Source of the DNA: Salpingoeca rosetta | Lineage: Eukaryota; Protista; Choanoflagellata | NCBI GenBank assembly: GCA_033442325.1 | Contig: JAWQFM010000043.1 | Coordinates: 1 to 7,239 of the forward strand | Direction: 5' to 3' | DNA length: 7,239 nt | Shown here: positions 6,886 through 7,239 of the stretch, piece after piece | Numbering within the stretch: the stretch's first letter is position 1 | Layout of the letters: the number at the start of each line of letters is the position of its first letter | The notes under the pieces: model-generated | Told to the model about the DNA's origin: nothing | What the model saw: only the letters and a program-made list of their open reading frames with translations | Database searches by the model: none | Program-made: the position numbers and the translations under genes

Positions 6886-7239
6886 TCAGAGGTCCTGACG
6901 CGGAGTCGAAGGACGTGGCGACCGGCCCGAATGAGGACGGGCCCGTGGCTGGCAGCCTGGCAGAGGACGCTGGTCGAACAGCATCGTGCAGAACTGAGCC
7001 GTCTTGGGCCGAGGGAGGATCTTCGTGAGGAGATCTGCGATCATGTGCTCCGTGGCGAGGTAGCTCAGCACAATCCTCTTGGTGTCGACGCACTCGCGGA
7101 TGTAGTGGTACTTGACGAGGATGTGCCGCATGCGCGAGGCGGCGTGTTCGGCAACGCGCTGCGCCGGCTGGTTGTCCGTGTGGACGAGCGTGGGCTCGCA
7201 CAGGGCGGCGCCGGTGAGCTCCTCCTGGAGTGGCGAAGG
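6886..7239 (-). CDS. pol: Ty1/copia retrotransposon Pol polyprotein, C-terminal RNase H domain (5'-partial; frame open to the window edge)
   Basis: The minus-strand frame from 7239 reads PSPLQEELTGAALCEPTLVHTDNQPAQRVAEHAASRMRHILVKYHYIRECVDTKRIVLSYLATEHMIADLLTKILPRPKTAQFCTMLF..., with TGA at 6888-6886. This matches the copia RNase H signature PTxLxxDNQxA...RxKHIxxxYHFIRE...xADxxTKxL. Third codon positions are strongly G/C and sequence complexity is high, unlike the rest of the window. The ORF track's 6886..7131 starts at an internal Met. Confidence 0.93.
   Translation of the reverse strand, partial: PSPLQEELTGAALCEPTLVHTDNQPAQRVAEHAASRMRHILVKYHYIRECVDTKRIVLSYLATEHMIADLLTKILPRPKTAQFCTMLFDQRPLPGCQPRARPHSGRSPRPSTPRQDL

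Larger units (their letters stand above)
6252..7239 (-). mobile_element. 3' end of a Ty1/copia (Pseudoviridae) LTR retrotransposon: RNase H - 3' UTR - PPT - 3' LTR
   Basis: The minus strand shows the canonical order: copia RNase H, stop, spacer, GCGGGGGAG, then TGTTG. The left boundary is provisional (see the LTR entry) and the element continues beyond 7239. Confidence 0.82.

Noticed and set aside
6731-7201. Alternative ORFs overlapping pol (6731..7201 minus, 6771..7028 plus)
   Set aside because: These are shadow frames of GC-rich coding sequence. Only the frame ending at 6886 has RNase H motifs.
1-7239. tRNA, rRNA or telomeric (TTAGGG)n sequence
   Set aside because: No cloverleaf or T-loop motif, no conserved rRNA segments and no telomere repeat tracts were seen on either strand.

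Overview
Eukaryotic-looking DNA rich in microsatellites and low-complexity tracts ((GT)n/(CA)n, CT/GA tracts, GCAA repeats). The texture resembles a choanoflagellate genome such as Salpingoeca rosetta; this is an inference from composition only. The only convincing coding sequence is at the right edge on the minus strand: the C-terminal RNase H domain of a Ty1/copia LTR-retrotransposon Pol (7239->6886, truncated by the window). It is followed by a 213-nt spacer, a copia-type polypurine tract (GCGGGGGAG, 6672->6664) and a 3' LTR starting TGTTGA at 6663; the far end of the LTR is uncertain. Bases 1-6250 appear non-coding, and the many long ORFs there are compositional artefacts. Notable structure: (i) five nested helices that pair the element's 3' UTR with U3 of the LTR and leave the PPT core unpaired; (ii) an approximately 8-copy, ~63-bp degenerate minisatellite at ~5000-5605 with a long/medium/short higher-order pattern and an internal inverted repeat; (iii) a 12-bp motif plus TGCA..TGCA palindrome shared by the LTR and a palindrome cluster about 460 bp away; (iv) an isolated strong hairpin at 2079-2115 upstream of a candidate splice donor; (v) a decayed collinear duplication (1247-1537 vs 3226-3450).
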